From Malacoraja senta (Eukaryota), in assembly GCA_038087875.1 (NCBI GenBank), contig JAXLNO010000600.1:310001-374000 (forward strand): a DNA stretch of 64,000 bases. The letters run 5' to 3'. How positions within the stretch are numbered: the first letter of the stretch is position 1; every line of letters starts with the position of its first letter. Under the pieces are notes generated by a model. That model saw only the letters and a program-made list of their open reading frames with translations. It was not told the origin of the DNA and searched no databases. The translations under genes and the position numbers were made by a program. This document shows positions 24,697 through 37,363 of this stretch, piece after piece.

Positions 24697-24805
24697 AATA
24701 GTAAGATTAAACGAGAACGTACCAGTTTGAAGTTTGATCTGTATTTTATGAGGAGTTACGATGAGGGATTACGTGAAGAACCCGTCCAGCACGCATGCGC
24801 GACAT
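24697..24805. repeat. DIRS 3' terminal repeat
   Basis: 24697-24775 is complementary to 24921-24999; 24770-24805 is complementary to 29487-29522. Confidence 0.9.
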
Positions 24806-24920
24806 ACTTCAAAGCAGCGGTGTGGAATCACAGGAAACACAATAATTGAAATAATCATAGTAAAGAAAAGGAGAACTAAGATACCAGTTGATCTCTATAA
24901 TTGAGGGTGGGAGCGGAGGG

Positions 24921-25033
24921 CACGTAATCCCTCATCGTAACTCCTCATAAAATACAGATCAAACTTCAAACTGGTAAGTTCTCGTTTAATCTTACTATTT
25001 TACTTCGGAGTCACGTGAGTGACTACGTGAAGA
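24921..25033. repeat. DIRS internal complementary region (ICR)
   Basis: First part pairs with the left terminus; second part (TTTTACTTCGGAGTCACGTGAGTGACTACGTGAAGA) pairs with the right terminus 29513-29548. Confidence 0.9.
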
Positions 25034-25198
25034 TTTTAAAGCTCTGTGATTTCAAACCGTGTAACAGTTCATACTTCACTCGCTGCCGGTCATTCAAGGG
25101 AGGAAGTATGTTATCGTAATCAACCATGAATCTGTTTGTAAAACAATAATGGTATTTATTAAACAATAACAAAAGAAAAATGCACCCCCGGGCTTAAA

Positions 25199-26170
25199 TT
25201 ATATATTTGCAGATTCTAAAACTCTTTCTGCAAATAATACAGGTTCTGCTAGCGGCTTATTGTAGAACGTTTGGAACGTTTTCTCCATGGACCACCCCGC
25301 TGTAGCCAGGATGTGGTCCAGTGGCACGTCCATCCTTTTAGCCGCCGATGTGGATGCTGCCCTGGTGGAGTGAGATGTATATACGTCAGTATCTACTCCA
25401 GCAGCTCCCAGTACCTGCTTGAGCCATCTTGAGATAGTTTGGCTCGACACCCGACCATGAGGTTTCTTGTGGCTGACCCATAAGGCTTTTTTTCTCCCTC
25501 GAAATCTCTTGTTGTGTTGATGTAAGTGAGTAAGTGAGTCATGACACATAACCGTGGGTCAGGTGGGTATGCCCGGAAATCCATAACTAGGCCTGAAGTT
25601 CCTGGCCTGCTCTGCTTTACCAGCTCCTGAATGGTGAATGAGACACGGTCTGGTGTTATAACCATGTTGTCCAGTTGCAGTAAGTGGAGGGACTGGACTC
25701 TTTGTGCTGAGACTAGTGCCATCAGCATGACCGTTTTCAGGGTTAGCTGTTCCAGGGTGAGAGACCTGGCTGGTGACCATCCCCTTAGGTATGTCAGGAC
25801 CACACTGACATCCCAGATTTGGGTGTACCTAGGTCTAGGGGGGTTGGAGTTGAATATACCTCTCATGAGTTTGATCACCAGCGGGTGAGACCCTATGGCC
25901 TGTTGTCCTGGTGCCTGTTTTAAGTAGGCTGACAGAGCACTTCTGGCAGTATTGATGGCGCTGTAGCTCAGTCCTTCATTATGGTGAAGGCCGGCCAGGA
26001 ACTCCAGTACATTGGTTATGGTTGTAGATGAGTATGTGTCCCAGTATTCGAGCAGTATCTTTCCCACTTCCTGATGCTCGATAGGTATTGTTTCCTGGTG
26101 GACATACGGTGGGATGCTGTCATCGTGTTGATGGTCCTGTCAGACAATCCCAGGCCCAGCAGTGGTCTTT
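25199..26170 (-). pseudogene. DIRS tyrosine recombinase (frameshifted)
   Basis: SAINTARSALS, SAQRVQSL (R), HSTR, AGW and FYNKP (Y) across ORFs 25393-26067 and 25199-25549. Confidence 0.9.
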
Positions 26171-28183
26171 TCATAATCTGCAACCCAGTAGGTTAATTTT
26201 GTCATGGCATGGATGACTTATGCCTGATACCGGGTGAGTCAATAGGTCTGGGCTACTGGGAAAGGTCATAGGAGTTTCGATGACCATGTCGAGGACCACT
26301 GGGAACCATGGCTGTGTAGGCCAGTTGGGTACTATCAAAATACCTGAAGCAGAGTCCATCTGTATTTTGCGTAGTACCCTACTGATGAGGCAGAAGGGGG
26401 GAAAGGCATAAAATAAATAGTTTCCCCAGTTCAGCGAGAATGCATCTATCGCTGCTGCCTCAGGGTCTGGTTCCCAAGCGACATACATTGGTACCTGGTG
26501 ATTTAGTCTGGATGCAAAGAGATCGATATCTGGTGTGCCATATTGCTTTGTAATTTTAGCAAATGCTTTAGGATTTAACATCCATTCGGTGTTATTATTG
26601 AATTTGCGTGACCTGGTGTCTGCCACTGTATTTAGCTTACCTGGTAGGTAAGTTGCTGATAGCCAAATATGTCTATCGACACACCATTGCCAGATTATGT
26701 TGACCAAATTGTCACATGATATCGATTTTATTCCGCCCATATGGTTAATATAGGCCACCACCGTGGTATTATCAATCTGTAAACGAACATGCAAGTGGTG
26801 CATATTCGTAGAATATGCTTTTAAGCCATAAAACGCACCCAACATTTCCAAATAATTTATGCCCAGTGTCTGTAGTAAAGATGATTCTAGGTTAGTCCAT
26901 CTACCACCTGTGCTGGATATGGTATTAGTTGCTCCCCAGCCTTGAGCACTGGCATCTGTTTGTATAGTTAACGTTGGGTTATTGATGATGATAGGGCTGG
27001 AACTATGCCAAATGTGCTCTATCTACCATTGTAACTCTGATATTGCTTCAATGGGTAATTTCATCGTTCGGTCAAAGTGACCTGCATGTCGTTTTAACGC
27101 CTGCACTTTTGCCCTTTGTAGGTTTTGATAGTGCAGAGGTCCAAATTGTGTAGCTGGAAATGCTGCTACTATTTTGCCAATTACTCTTGCCACTTGTCGG
27201 ATGGTTGGTCGATCGCTAACCATTAAATTGTCTGTGCCAATTCTGCTGCTTTATCTTTTGGCAATGTTACAGACATGTGGACTGAGTTAATTGTGAATCC
27301 CAGACAGTCCATAGTTGTGGATGGCGTCAACTTAGATTTATCTGGATGTAAGACAAATCCCAGGGTTTCAAACAATTGTTTGGTAGCTAATACAGCTGTT
27401 TTAGCCAATTCCATGGTTTTGCCTACTATTAGAATATCATCAAGATATGCCATGACAATATGTCTCTGTTTTCTTAATGTTGCCAAGGCTGGGTTTAATA
27501 TCTTGGTAAATAGTCTTGGGGCTGATGTTAACCCATTAGACAACGCTTTAAACTGCCATAGTTGCCCCATCCAGGTAAATTTCAGGTATCTGCGATGATC
27601 CTTTTGAATGGGTACTGAATAGTAGGCATCTTTTAAATCGATGCTTGCCATAAAGTATCCTTTGGAAATCAGTTGTTTGGCAGTTACAAATGTTTCCATT
27701 TTGAAATGTATATACTTAACAAAGGTATTTAATGAGGTTAAGTCAATGATGATGCGACATCCACCATCTTTTTTGTTTTTGGTAAATATATTTGAGACAA
27801 ATTCCAAAGGTTCATGTTTGGATTTCTCAATGATACCCTTTGTAAGTAACCTCACCAAGTTCTGCTTGACCCTCTAGTTTTTCTTTGACTGAGAGGGTAA
27901 AGACCCTTTGGGGTGCATGCTGAACTGGTGGCATATTTTCTTGAATGAATTCTATTTTGTATCCACGAATACTTTTAAGTATATAACTATCATTCGTGAT
28001 AGACCTCCATGCTTCCATGAACAGGTGTAATCTCCCCCCTGTTAGTACAGTTCCCCCACTTTTTATATGCTGGTAGGAACCAGACCCAACTACTTCCATA
28101 GTTATGGGAGTGTTCCTTTCTTCGGTTTCTTCATCCGTTGTGCTGCTGGATGTACTGCTGGTTGGGGGTGGCGCATTTTCCAT
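26171..28183 (-). pseudogene. DIRS RT, RNase H and DNA N6-adenine methyltransferase-like ORF (frameshifted)
   Basis: SIDLKDAYY and YLDD (RT); TDASAQGWG, IDNTTVVAYINHMGG and NTVADTRSR (RNase H); DIDLFASRLN and YAFPPF (MT). Confidence 0.92.
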
Positions 28184-28246
28184 GGGGACCGCTCTGGGCC
28201 CTGGCCTAAAAAAGGCTTTCGGGGATGGTATGCAGACCCCGAGCTT

Positions 28247-29347
28247 TCACCAATCCCATGAGTTTGACGTCGACTGGTGGACGCGGTGGGGTACTGCCGT
28301 CTGGGTTGTGTGTGTGCTCGTCCCGGGGCCTGCCCTCATGAGGCCGAAGGCTTTGGACTCTTCCTCTAGGTCTTTTACTTGTTTTAACAAGTCCTTACCA
28401 GATAGCAGGATCTGTGGCTCTGAGGCCGGTGTTTTGCACAGTACTGCAAATTTGGGATTGAGGGCAGGTCTTATTATCTCCTTGCGGAGGTTGTTTATTT
28501 CGTATTGGGTGTTACTCAGCAGAGCCAGAGTGTCTTGCTGGTTGGTGGTCATGTCCACCCCATCCACGGAACGAGCATAGGATGTTATGGCTGACGTCAG
28601 GAGCTTGAGGATATGCTGTAATTTTAGTTCCTGGTTTCGGATACTCTGCCCAACGTACCCCCAGATTTGGCTGTTGACGGCCAGTACGTTGAGCGAAATG
28701 CAGTTCTCCGGAGGCGAGTAGAGTTCTAGTGCCTCATTGACTACCTGTTCTTGTAGGGGTTTGAAGGACAGGTAGTCAATGCTTGCCGCCAGTTTTGGCT
28801 GCAACGGCCGCCCTGCTCGTGGTGTAGCCACGTAGCGATTCACCACACCCAGCAGCTCTTCCAGGTCCTGTACCCCGTGCGTACTCCCAACATCTTCGGC
28901 CAGTGACCCCTGTTCCTGACCAGCCCAGCCCTGGTCGCCAACGCTGCCATCGGCTGAGGGGGAAGCGATGGGCAGTGCATTGTAAGGCACTGGTGCGGGA
29001 GTGCCTGAACTCCCTTGGCGAGACTGCTCTAGCTCCCGAAGCAAGTCTCGCTGGAGCATTTGCTCCATGAGCCTTTCCATGCGGCTCAGGCGGCTACCTC
29101 TGCCGCTCTCAGGCGGAGAGTCTTCCTCGTCGGAGTCATCAGAGATTACCGGCCGGTTAGTTTTCCGTTTTGATTTGCCTCCAGTCCGCTGCTGTTGGTC
29201 AGGCTGCGCTAGCGGTTCTGGGCTCGGCTCGGTATCAATGATTGTGGACCGCAGCGTGTGCGGTCCAGGTGCCGCCTCTGATGGAACGCTCCTGTTCTGT
29301 TGGAGTTGAACGAGGGGCTGTCTTTTTTCCTTGTCGTGCTTTGCTCA
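28247..29347 (-). pseudogene. DIRS gag-like ORF1
   Basis: 277-aa ORF upstream of RT (INNLRKEIIRPALNPKF); frame is open further upstream; probable ATG at 29347 with a frameshift. Confidence 0.7.
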
Positions 29348-29486
29348 TTTTCCAGCTTTTCTCGATCTAGAGTGCACAAAGGAGAGTTTTCCAATTACGA
29401 CCTCAGAGTAAGTACTTACCTGACGGTCCACCTTTTTAAGCTTGTAACGGGAGCGCCTGTACTCCCGTTCGTCGCTGTTGCACTGC

Positions 29487-29548
29487 ATGTCGCGCATGCG
29501 TGCTGGACGGGTTCTTCACGTAGTCACTCACGTGACTCCGAAGTAAAA
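29487..29548. repeat. DIRS 5' terminal repeat
   Basis: ATGTCGCGCATGCGTGCTGGACGGGTTCTTCACGTA is inverted relative to 24770-24805; outer part pairs with the ICR. Confidence 0.9.
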
Positions 29549-32361
29549 TTGGATGGTCACCCTCAAAGCAGTTATGGGATCGTCAACCTAAATTATGTTC
29601 AACCCCCTGTAATAACGCTGAAAATTGCAACATTCAGAGCTTTACTTACTGAGGCACAAGTGATACAAAGAGTTAGAATGGTTTAATTAAATATCTTGGG
29701 TCGATGTTTTTAAGTAATTGTTGGTAGAATGAGATGAGACTAGATTATTGAGCCCTCTTCAAATTAAATACAATTCAAAGTTTAAATGAAACAGTTTGGG
29801 AAAGTCAGATTGGAAAGTTTATCTTGTCAGCGCTCTGTGGCAGATTGTGGAGGAACGAGGGACCTCTGCTGGTCAGCCTCTCCCATTACCGTTGCATTTT
29901 AGACTTTGCTTTTTGGTTTAGTCTCCCTTTTGCCTGGTAGTTTGTATTTAAGTGCAGGAAAATATGTTTCTCAGCCGAGCAAAGCAAGCTGCCTAAAGTC
30001 GTTTCATGAAGAGAGGTGGAAGAAAATGAATGATAAACGGTGACATGATCAAAGCAGACGAAATGTGTAGGAAGGAACTGCAGATGCTGGTTTGCACCGA
30101 AGATAGACACAAAATGCTGGAGTAACTCAGCAGGACAGGCAGCATCTCTGGAGAGAAGGAATGGGTGTCATTTCGGGTCTCGAAACGTCATCCATTCCTT
30201 CCATCCAGAGATGATGCCTGTCCTGCTGAGTTACTCCAGCATTCTGTGTCTATCATACATGATCAAAGTATCCAGCTGGGTTCTGATGAAGGACTGGAAT
30301 GGAATGGAACACTTTATTGTCACATGTGACAAGGCACAGTGAGATTCTTTGCTTGCATACTCAATGTATACAAATAGCAGCCACCTATGGCACTGACAAA
30401 GTTAAGGAGAGTTATAGAGGTAGATCTCGTCTAAAATGTTTTAGCGAAAAGGAAAATTCCCCCACATACACAAAAAAACATAAGGAGGCAAGAGGAAAAA
30501 AAAGTGCCAGACACATCTTTTACACAGAGGGTGGTGGGTGCCTGGAACGCGCTGCAACGGTGGTGGTAGTTGAATCAAATATGGAAGTGATGTTTAAGAG
30601 GCTTTTGGATAGGTACATGGATATGCTGGGAATGTTTCAGTTTAGTTTATTGTCATGTGTACAGAGGTACAGTGTTAGAACATGGATCATGCTTAGGCAG
30701 AGGAGATTATTTTAACCTGGCATAATGTTCTATGTGACATTGTGAGCCGAAGGGCCTCTTCCTGTGTTGTAGTTTATGTTCATAAGTTCTAGGAGCAGAA
30801 TTAGGCCATTCGGCCCATCAAGTCTCCTCCGCCATTCAATCATGGCTGCTCTATCTTTCCCTCTCAACCACATTCTCCCCATAACTCCTGACACCCGTAC
30901 TAATCAATCTCCACCTTAACAATATCCTTTGACAGCCTCCGCTGCTGTCTGTGGCAATAAATTCCGCAGATTCACCACCCTCTGATTAAAGAAATTCCTC
31001 CTCATCCCCTTTCTAGAGGTATATCCTTTTATTCTGAGGCTATGGCCTCTTGTCCTGGACCAAATCAGTCGATCACCTTGCTCTCATATACTCTCAGGGT
31101 TCTGTTCATTTTAATGACGAGGGTTGTGGATGCAAATTGGTAAATTTGCAAGCTAGTTAATCCAGAGCTGTCCAACCCCACAAAGCATTTTTTGGAGCTG
31201 AGTGTGCAAATCTACTGGTAGCTGGCATTGTGCTTTTCCACAGTCAGGCGCCTCTGGAAACATTAATTTTTTCGGCTGCAGTGAGCAACATTTCTTCTCT
31301 GAGAGAAATTCCCCCTGCGTGGCGTCGTAAAACTATCGGAGGCGGAAAAGATCATGGTGCGTTTCTTCAAGCCCAGAGAGCAAGTTTAGGTTAGGAAGAT
31401 TCAAGGGTGATGGACTGGGAAAGATTGCGTAGATCATTTGTTCACTCAATTGGTCGAATGCTTTGTCTCGTTGGGGAAAGTTCAGTGCCCCAGCTGGAAA
31501 TTAGTCACACTCCTGCATTTTCCCTTTACTGGACTTAAGCTTGTTTCCCAGTTCCTGAGACTGTGCTCTTCTCAAACATATGAAGGTAAATTTTAAATCT
31601 TGTGGTTGGTATGAGGATTGTTATCCAGAGGAACTGCACTGATGATCTGAAGCTGACAGTTTGAATCCTATCATGACAGTTGGAACATTTAAATTCAAGT
31701 AAAGACATAAATTCACAATGAAATTACTGGATTGTTGTAAAAACCCATCTGTTTAACTGATATCTTTAAGGAAATTAAATTTGAAATTCTTATTTAGTGT
31801 ATATTACAGCAGGCTCACTCACGTGGTTACTTTAGTAAAGTAGTTTGGCATTCCACCCCGTTCTGGGCATTTGGGGATAAAAATAAATGTATTTGCCTGT
31901 GACACCATGTCAACTTTAAAGTTCTGAAGAGCTAGATACTGTGAAAATCCAGTGAAATTTGGGAATTCAATGTACTAAGCTTGTTGATTCTTGATCAGCA
32001 TTCTGACAGATTGGTGTCTTCTTTTGATCTTTCTATCCCTTGTCAATGTGCAAAAGACAGGTCTCCATGGTTTAGATGTATAGGAAGAAACTACAGATGC
32101 TGGTTTACACCGGAGATAGACACAGAATGCTGGAGTAACACAGCAGGTCAGGCAGCATTTCTGAGAAAAAGAATAGGTGACATTTTGGGTTGAAAAGGGT
32201 CAGGCTGAAAGGTTTCGACCCACCTATTCCTTTTCTCCAGAGATGCTGCCTGACCTGCTGAGTTACTCCAATATTTTGTGTCTATCTACGATTTAGATGT
32301 AGTTTGGGTTAGGATTAGGATGTGGATTGAAGGATTAGCCTTTTTGAATATCCACAAATAT

Positions 32362-33432
32362 TTATTATCTAAATGGTGTCAAGTTGGGAAAAGGGGAAGT
32401 ACAACGGGATCTGGGGGTCCTTGTTCATCCGTCACTGAAAGTAAGCATGCAGGTACAGCAGGCAGTGAAGAAAGCGAATGGCATGTTGGCCTTCATAACA
32501 AGAGGAGTTGCGTATAGGAGCAAAGAGGTCCGCCTGAAGTTGTATAGGGCCCTAGTGAGACCAAACCTGGAGTATTGTGTGCAGTTTTGTCTCCAAATTT
32601 GAGGAAGGACATTCTTGCTATTGAGGGAGTGCAGCGAAAGTTCACCAGGTGTCATATGTTGGGACTGTCATATGTTGATAGAATGGAGCGGCTAGGCTTG
32701 TATTCTCTGGAATTTAGAAGGATGAGAGAGGATCTTATTGAAACATATAAGATTGTTAAGGGTTTGGACACGCTAGAGGCAGGAAACATGTTCCCGATGT
32801 TGGGGGAATCCAGAACGAGGGGCCACAGTTTAAGAATAAGGAGTAAGCCATTTAGAATGGAGATGAGGAAAAACTTTTTCACACAGAGAGTTGTGAGTCT
32901 GTGGAATTCTCTGCCTCAGAAGGCAGTGGAGGCCGGTTCTCTGGATGCTTTCAAGGGAGAGTTAGAAAGAGCTTGTTCTTGGTTTCTTGGTCCTCCAAAA
33001 TATTCCAAATGGAATTTAAACTGGAGGTGGTGGAGTGAGGACTTAAGCCAGAAAGGGTTTTTGGGAAGAAAGAACTACCTTAAATTTAGTTGCATCTGGT
33101 TGAGTAACAATAGTAGGGTGGAGATTATTCCATGCTTTAATTGTGCAGGGGAAGAATGAATTGCTGTACACATCTGTCTTGGTAGCTGGAATCACAAATT
33201 GGATCGAATGCCCTCGTCTGCTCCTAATTGGTTTGGGTTTGGTGTAGGTCTTGTAATCTATGTCGAGCTGACCATTTAACATTTTGTAAAAACAGTTCTT
33301 AAAGATAGCGGAGTCAGCGGATATGGGGAGAAGGCAGGGACGGTTGTGGATGATCAGCCATGATCACATTGAAGGGCGGTGCTGGCTCGAGGGCTGAATG
33401 GCCTACTCCTGCACCTATTGTCTATTGTCTAT
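32362..33432 (+). mobile_element. CR1 LINE 3' portion with nested insertion
   Basis: Same family as 10880-11636; (ATTGTCT)n tail. Confidence 0.9.
32974..33296 (-). mobile_element. 3' end of a different CR1/L2-group LINE nested in CR1
   Basis: RRGHSIQF..TDVYSNSFFPCTIKAWNNL; CCAAGAA-type tail; splits the CR1 at GAGCT|TCTTAAAG. Confidence 0.75.
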
Positions 33433-35071
33433 TTGCAACCCTCTGCCTGAGAATGAGCTGCCAAAGCAGGTAGTTGAGGCAGGTACAATAACAAACATTT
33501 AAAAGACATTTGGACAGGTGCATGGATAGGAAAGGGTTAGAGGGATAAGGACCAACATGGTAATGAGGAACTAGCTTAGATGGGGCATCTTAGTTGCCAC
33601 AGACCAGTTGAGCAGAAGGGCCTGTTTCCATGCTCTTTCACTTTATGACTCTGCCCTGTGTGGAAAAAAGTTTTTCATCTCATTCTTAAATGCCCACCCT
33701 CTTATTTAGTTTGTGACCGCAGATTTTAGATTGCCTAGCCAGGGGAAACAACCATAGCACGTATCCAGTTAAACTCGGGAATTTGCATAGATAAAAGAAA
33801 GATTACAGCAAGGCTGGAGATGCAAGAAGCAACAGGTGGTGGAATCGTGAGCCTGAAGAAGGGACCCAGCCCAACATCATAAAGTCATAAGGAATAGGAG
33901 TAGAATTAGGCAATTTGGCCCATCGAGTCTACTCTGCCATTCAATCATGACTGATCTATCTCTCCCTCCTAACCCCATTCTCCTGCCTTCTACCCATAAC
34001 TTCTGACACCCGTACTAATCAAGAATATATCGATCTCTGCTAAAAAAATATCCATTGACTTGGCCTCTACAGCCTTCTGTGGCAGAATTCCACAGGTTCA
34101 CCACCCACTGACTAAAGAAATTTCTCCTCATCTCCTTCCTAAAAGAACGTCCTTTAATTCTGAGGCTCTGACCTCTAGTTCTAGACTCTCCCACGTCGTC
34201 TGTCCATTCCCTCCACAGATGCTAACTGTCCCGCTACTTTACTCCAGCACTCTGTTTATTGCAGTAGGGCAAGGTTTTGCTGCACATCGAGTTAATACAT
34301 CCTCTCAGAACAATCCATTGGTCCAATCCCTTACCCTCTCTACTTAACCGTGTATTTGAATGCAAGGATACCATTCTGCCTCCAAGATTCCCAGGGCATT
34401 GCATTCCTGATTCTAACACTTGGTCAGTAAAGAAAATAATTTCACTTTAATTACTTCATCAATATGTTTCATTGCCAATTAAGTCTCAGTACTAAACTTG
34501 GGAAGATAATCATTTATTGGATAGTCACCAACAAGTCACTTATTGGTTAGCACTCAAATCCCATTAAACAATCGAGTAAGCCTGTTGTTTAATTTTGGTT
34601 GACAAAAATGCTGGAGAAACACAGCGGGTGAGGTAGCATCTATGGAGCGAAGGAATAGGTGACAATAGACAATAGGTGCAGGAGTAGGCCATTTGGCCCT
34701 TCGAGTAAGCACCGCCATTCAATGTGATCATGGCTGATCATCCATAATCAGTACCCCGTTCCTGCCTTCTCCCCATATCCCCTGACTCCGCTATTTTTAA
34801 GAGCCCTATCTAGCTCTCTCTTGAAAGCATCCAGAGAACCTGCCTCCACCGCCCTCTGAAGCAGAGAATTCCACAGACGTGGAATTCCACTTCAAGGGTC
34901 TCGACCAGAAACGTCATCTATTAATTCGCTCCATAGATGCTGCCTCACCCGCTGAGTTTCTCCAGCATTTTTGACTACCTTCGATTTTTCCAGCATCTGC
35001 AGTTCTTTCTTAAAGGTTTAATTTTGCTTCTTCAGTCTTAAACATCTGAACATTTTATCTTTTTTTTCCAG

Positions 35072-35258
35072 CCTCTCTTAAATCAGAACGGTAGCCAATC
35101 TACATGGAAGGATTTCTATAAGAAGGTGCAATTGCTTGTGCCGTACATGTGGCCCAAAGGAAACATCTTGCTGCAGATCTTCGTTCTGTTATGTCTTTTG
35201 TTGCTTGCAGTAGAAAGAGTCATCAATGTTTATGTGCCGATTTACTATAAAAACATAG
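35072..35258 (+). CDS. ABCB6: ABCB6 coding exon 3 (187 nt)
   Basis: PLLNQNGSQSTWKDFYKKVQLLVPYMWPKGN...ERVINVYVPIYYKNI; acceptor TTTCCAG|, donor |GTAAGT; phase 0/1. Confidence 0.95.
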
Positions 35259-35356
35259 GTAAGTTTTATTTTTGCAATGCACAAACTCCTCTGAAATACT
35301 GATTTCGGTGGTCGTTCAAGGCAGAAGTGTGAAAGGGGAGGAGATGGAAACACTTA

Positions 35357-35676
35357 TAGGCCTGTCCCACTTAGGTGATTTTTTTCGGCGACTGCCGGCA
35401 CCCGTCACAGGTTGCCGAAAATTTTCAACATGTTGAAAATTCAGCGGCGACCAGAAAGACACTACAACTCTTTGGGTGACTGAGGAGACTACTCACGACC
35501 ACACAGGCGACATGTCGCGGGGTGAAGCCTGTATGGTCATGAGTAGTCTCCCAAAGCGTTGTACCTTGTTCTGGTCGTCGCTGGATTTTCAACATGTTGA
35601 GATTTTCGGAGACCTGCTGCGACTATGACGGGTGCTGGCAAGTCGCCGAAAAAATCGCATAAGTGGGACAGGCCCA
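35357..35676. mobile_element. PIF/Harbinger-type MITE
   Basis: TIRs TAGGCCTGTCCCACTTA / TAAGTGGGACAGGCCCA, TTA 3-bp TSD, palindromic body. Confidence 0.85.
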
Positions 35677-35769
35677 TTAGGATGAAAATAATTTCTATAA
35701 TATGCTGGATCGATGTGAAGATGGGAACCACATAGAATTGGAACACAACTCTTACTATTCACTGGGTGA

Positions 35770-36032
35770 CTTTAGAGATTCAGTGTGGAAACAGGCTCGT
35801 CAGTGCACCGAATCTGCGCCAACCAGCAATCACCCCGTACACTAGCACTATCTTACACACTTGGGCCAATTTACAATTTTACCAAAGCCAATTAACCTAC
35901 AACTGTCTGTCTTTGGAGTGTGGGAGGAAGCTGGAGCACCCGGAGAAATCCCATACAGTCGCAGAGAGAACGTACAAACTCCGTACAGACAGCACCCATA
36001 GTCAGGATCAAACCGGGTCAACTGTGCTGCTG
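35770..36032 (-). mobile_element. HE1/V-SINE-type SINE, degenerate
   Basis: Reverse complement of the 9617-9900 body. Confidence 0.75.
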
Positions 36033-36840
36033 TGATGGGAAGTAATTCAGTAGCATTACTAGGAGGCAAAGATTGGCTCTACAATTTTTTTTTTAAACTG
36101 GGAAATAGTTGCAGTAGTTCAGTTCCTGCCTTGATTTGAAGCTGGGCAATATTGTTAACGGGGTTTTAGTAAAGTATAATTGGAGGTTAAGATGTTGGAG
36201 GTGGGGGAAGGATGTGAAGGTGAGTTGTGGTGCCGTGTGATGTTTTCATACAATCTCCACTTTGCTTTGTCACCTGTGACAAGAAGGTTAGCAATTCTGT
36301 TTTAGTCAGAAGATTATGGGTTCAAGATCTATTCTGGAGACGTACACAGATTCAGGCGGCTCTTTCAGTCCCGGTACTGAGGGCTATCAGAGGCGCTGCT
36401 TTTACTAATTATTAAACAGGCTGCCACTTTAACAGAACTGAAAACTGGAACAACTGATTTGCTATCACCCATTTTACATAATATCGCAAAGTCAAAATCT
36501 ACCTGTGATTTTCTTTAAAATATACAAGAAGGCAAAATAAATTAACATTAATGAGGAAGCTATTTTGAAGAATTAATAGGACTAAAAGCCGATTAAATCC
36601 CCAGTATCTGATGAACTGCCTCCCAAGCTATGAAGAAGGTTATGGTGGAGATGTAATTGTTGTCATCTTCCAGAATTCCATTGTTTCTCGAAAGATCCCA
36701 CAGAGACTGGGTCTGTAAATTCTGGAGTTCAGATAAAGGAGAGGTGAACTCATTGAAATGCACACTATTCCTACTAAACTTAGCAGGTTATTTACAGAGT
36801 CCATTTTGTTTCTAATTTAAATGCATGGCTACTCAAATGT

Positions 36841-37363
36841 TCAAGAAGGAACTGCAGATGCTGGGAAAATCGAAGGTAGACAAAAATGCTGGAGAAACTC
36901 AGCGGGTGAGGCAGCATCTATGGTGACGTTTCGGGTCTAGACCGTTCTTCAGACTGATATGGGGGTAGGGGGGAAGAAGAAAGGAAGAGGCGGAGACAGT
37001 AGGCTGTGGGAGAGCTAGGAAGGGGAGGGGAAAGAGGGAGAAAGCAAGGACTACCTGAAATTGGAGTGAGTCCCACCGTAAATTGGAGGAGCAACACCTC
37101 ATATTTTGCTTGGGTAGTTTACACCCCAGCGGTATGAACATTGACTTCTCCAATTTCAGGTAGTCCTTGCTTTCTCCCTCTTTCCCCTCCCCTTCCCAGC
37201 TCTCCCACAGCCCAATGTCTCCGCCTCTTCCTTTCTTCTTTCCGCCCCCATCCCCTCCCCCACATCAGGCTGAAGAAGGGTCACGACCCGAAACGTCACC
37301 TATTCCTTCGCTCCATGGATGCTGCCTCACCCGCTGAGTTTCTCCAGCATTTTTGTCTACCTT
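36841..37363. mobile_element. Penelope-derived inverted (palindromic) composite
   Basis: pLTR in both orientations around an EEQHLIFCLGSLHPSGMNI fragment; flanked by a 55-bp direct repeat. Confidence 0.8.

Larger units (their letters stand above)
24697..29548 (-). mobile_element. DIRS1-like tyrosine-recombinase retrotransposon, full-length structure, frameshifted
   Basis: gag, RT, RNase H, methyltransferase and YR domains; inverted terminal repeats; internal complementary region (ICR). Confidence 0.95.

Noticed and set aside
26171..26851. Bacterial or phage Dam methylase plus integrase suggesting contamination or HGT
   Set aside because: Both domains are standard DIRS components and lie within the DIRS termini
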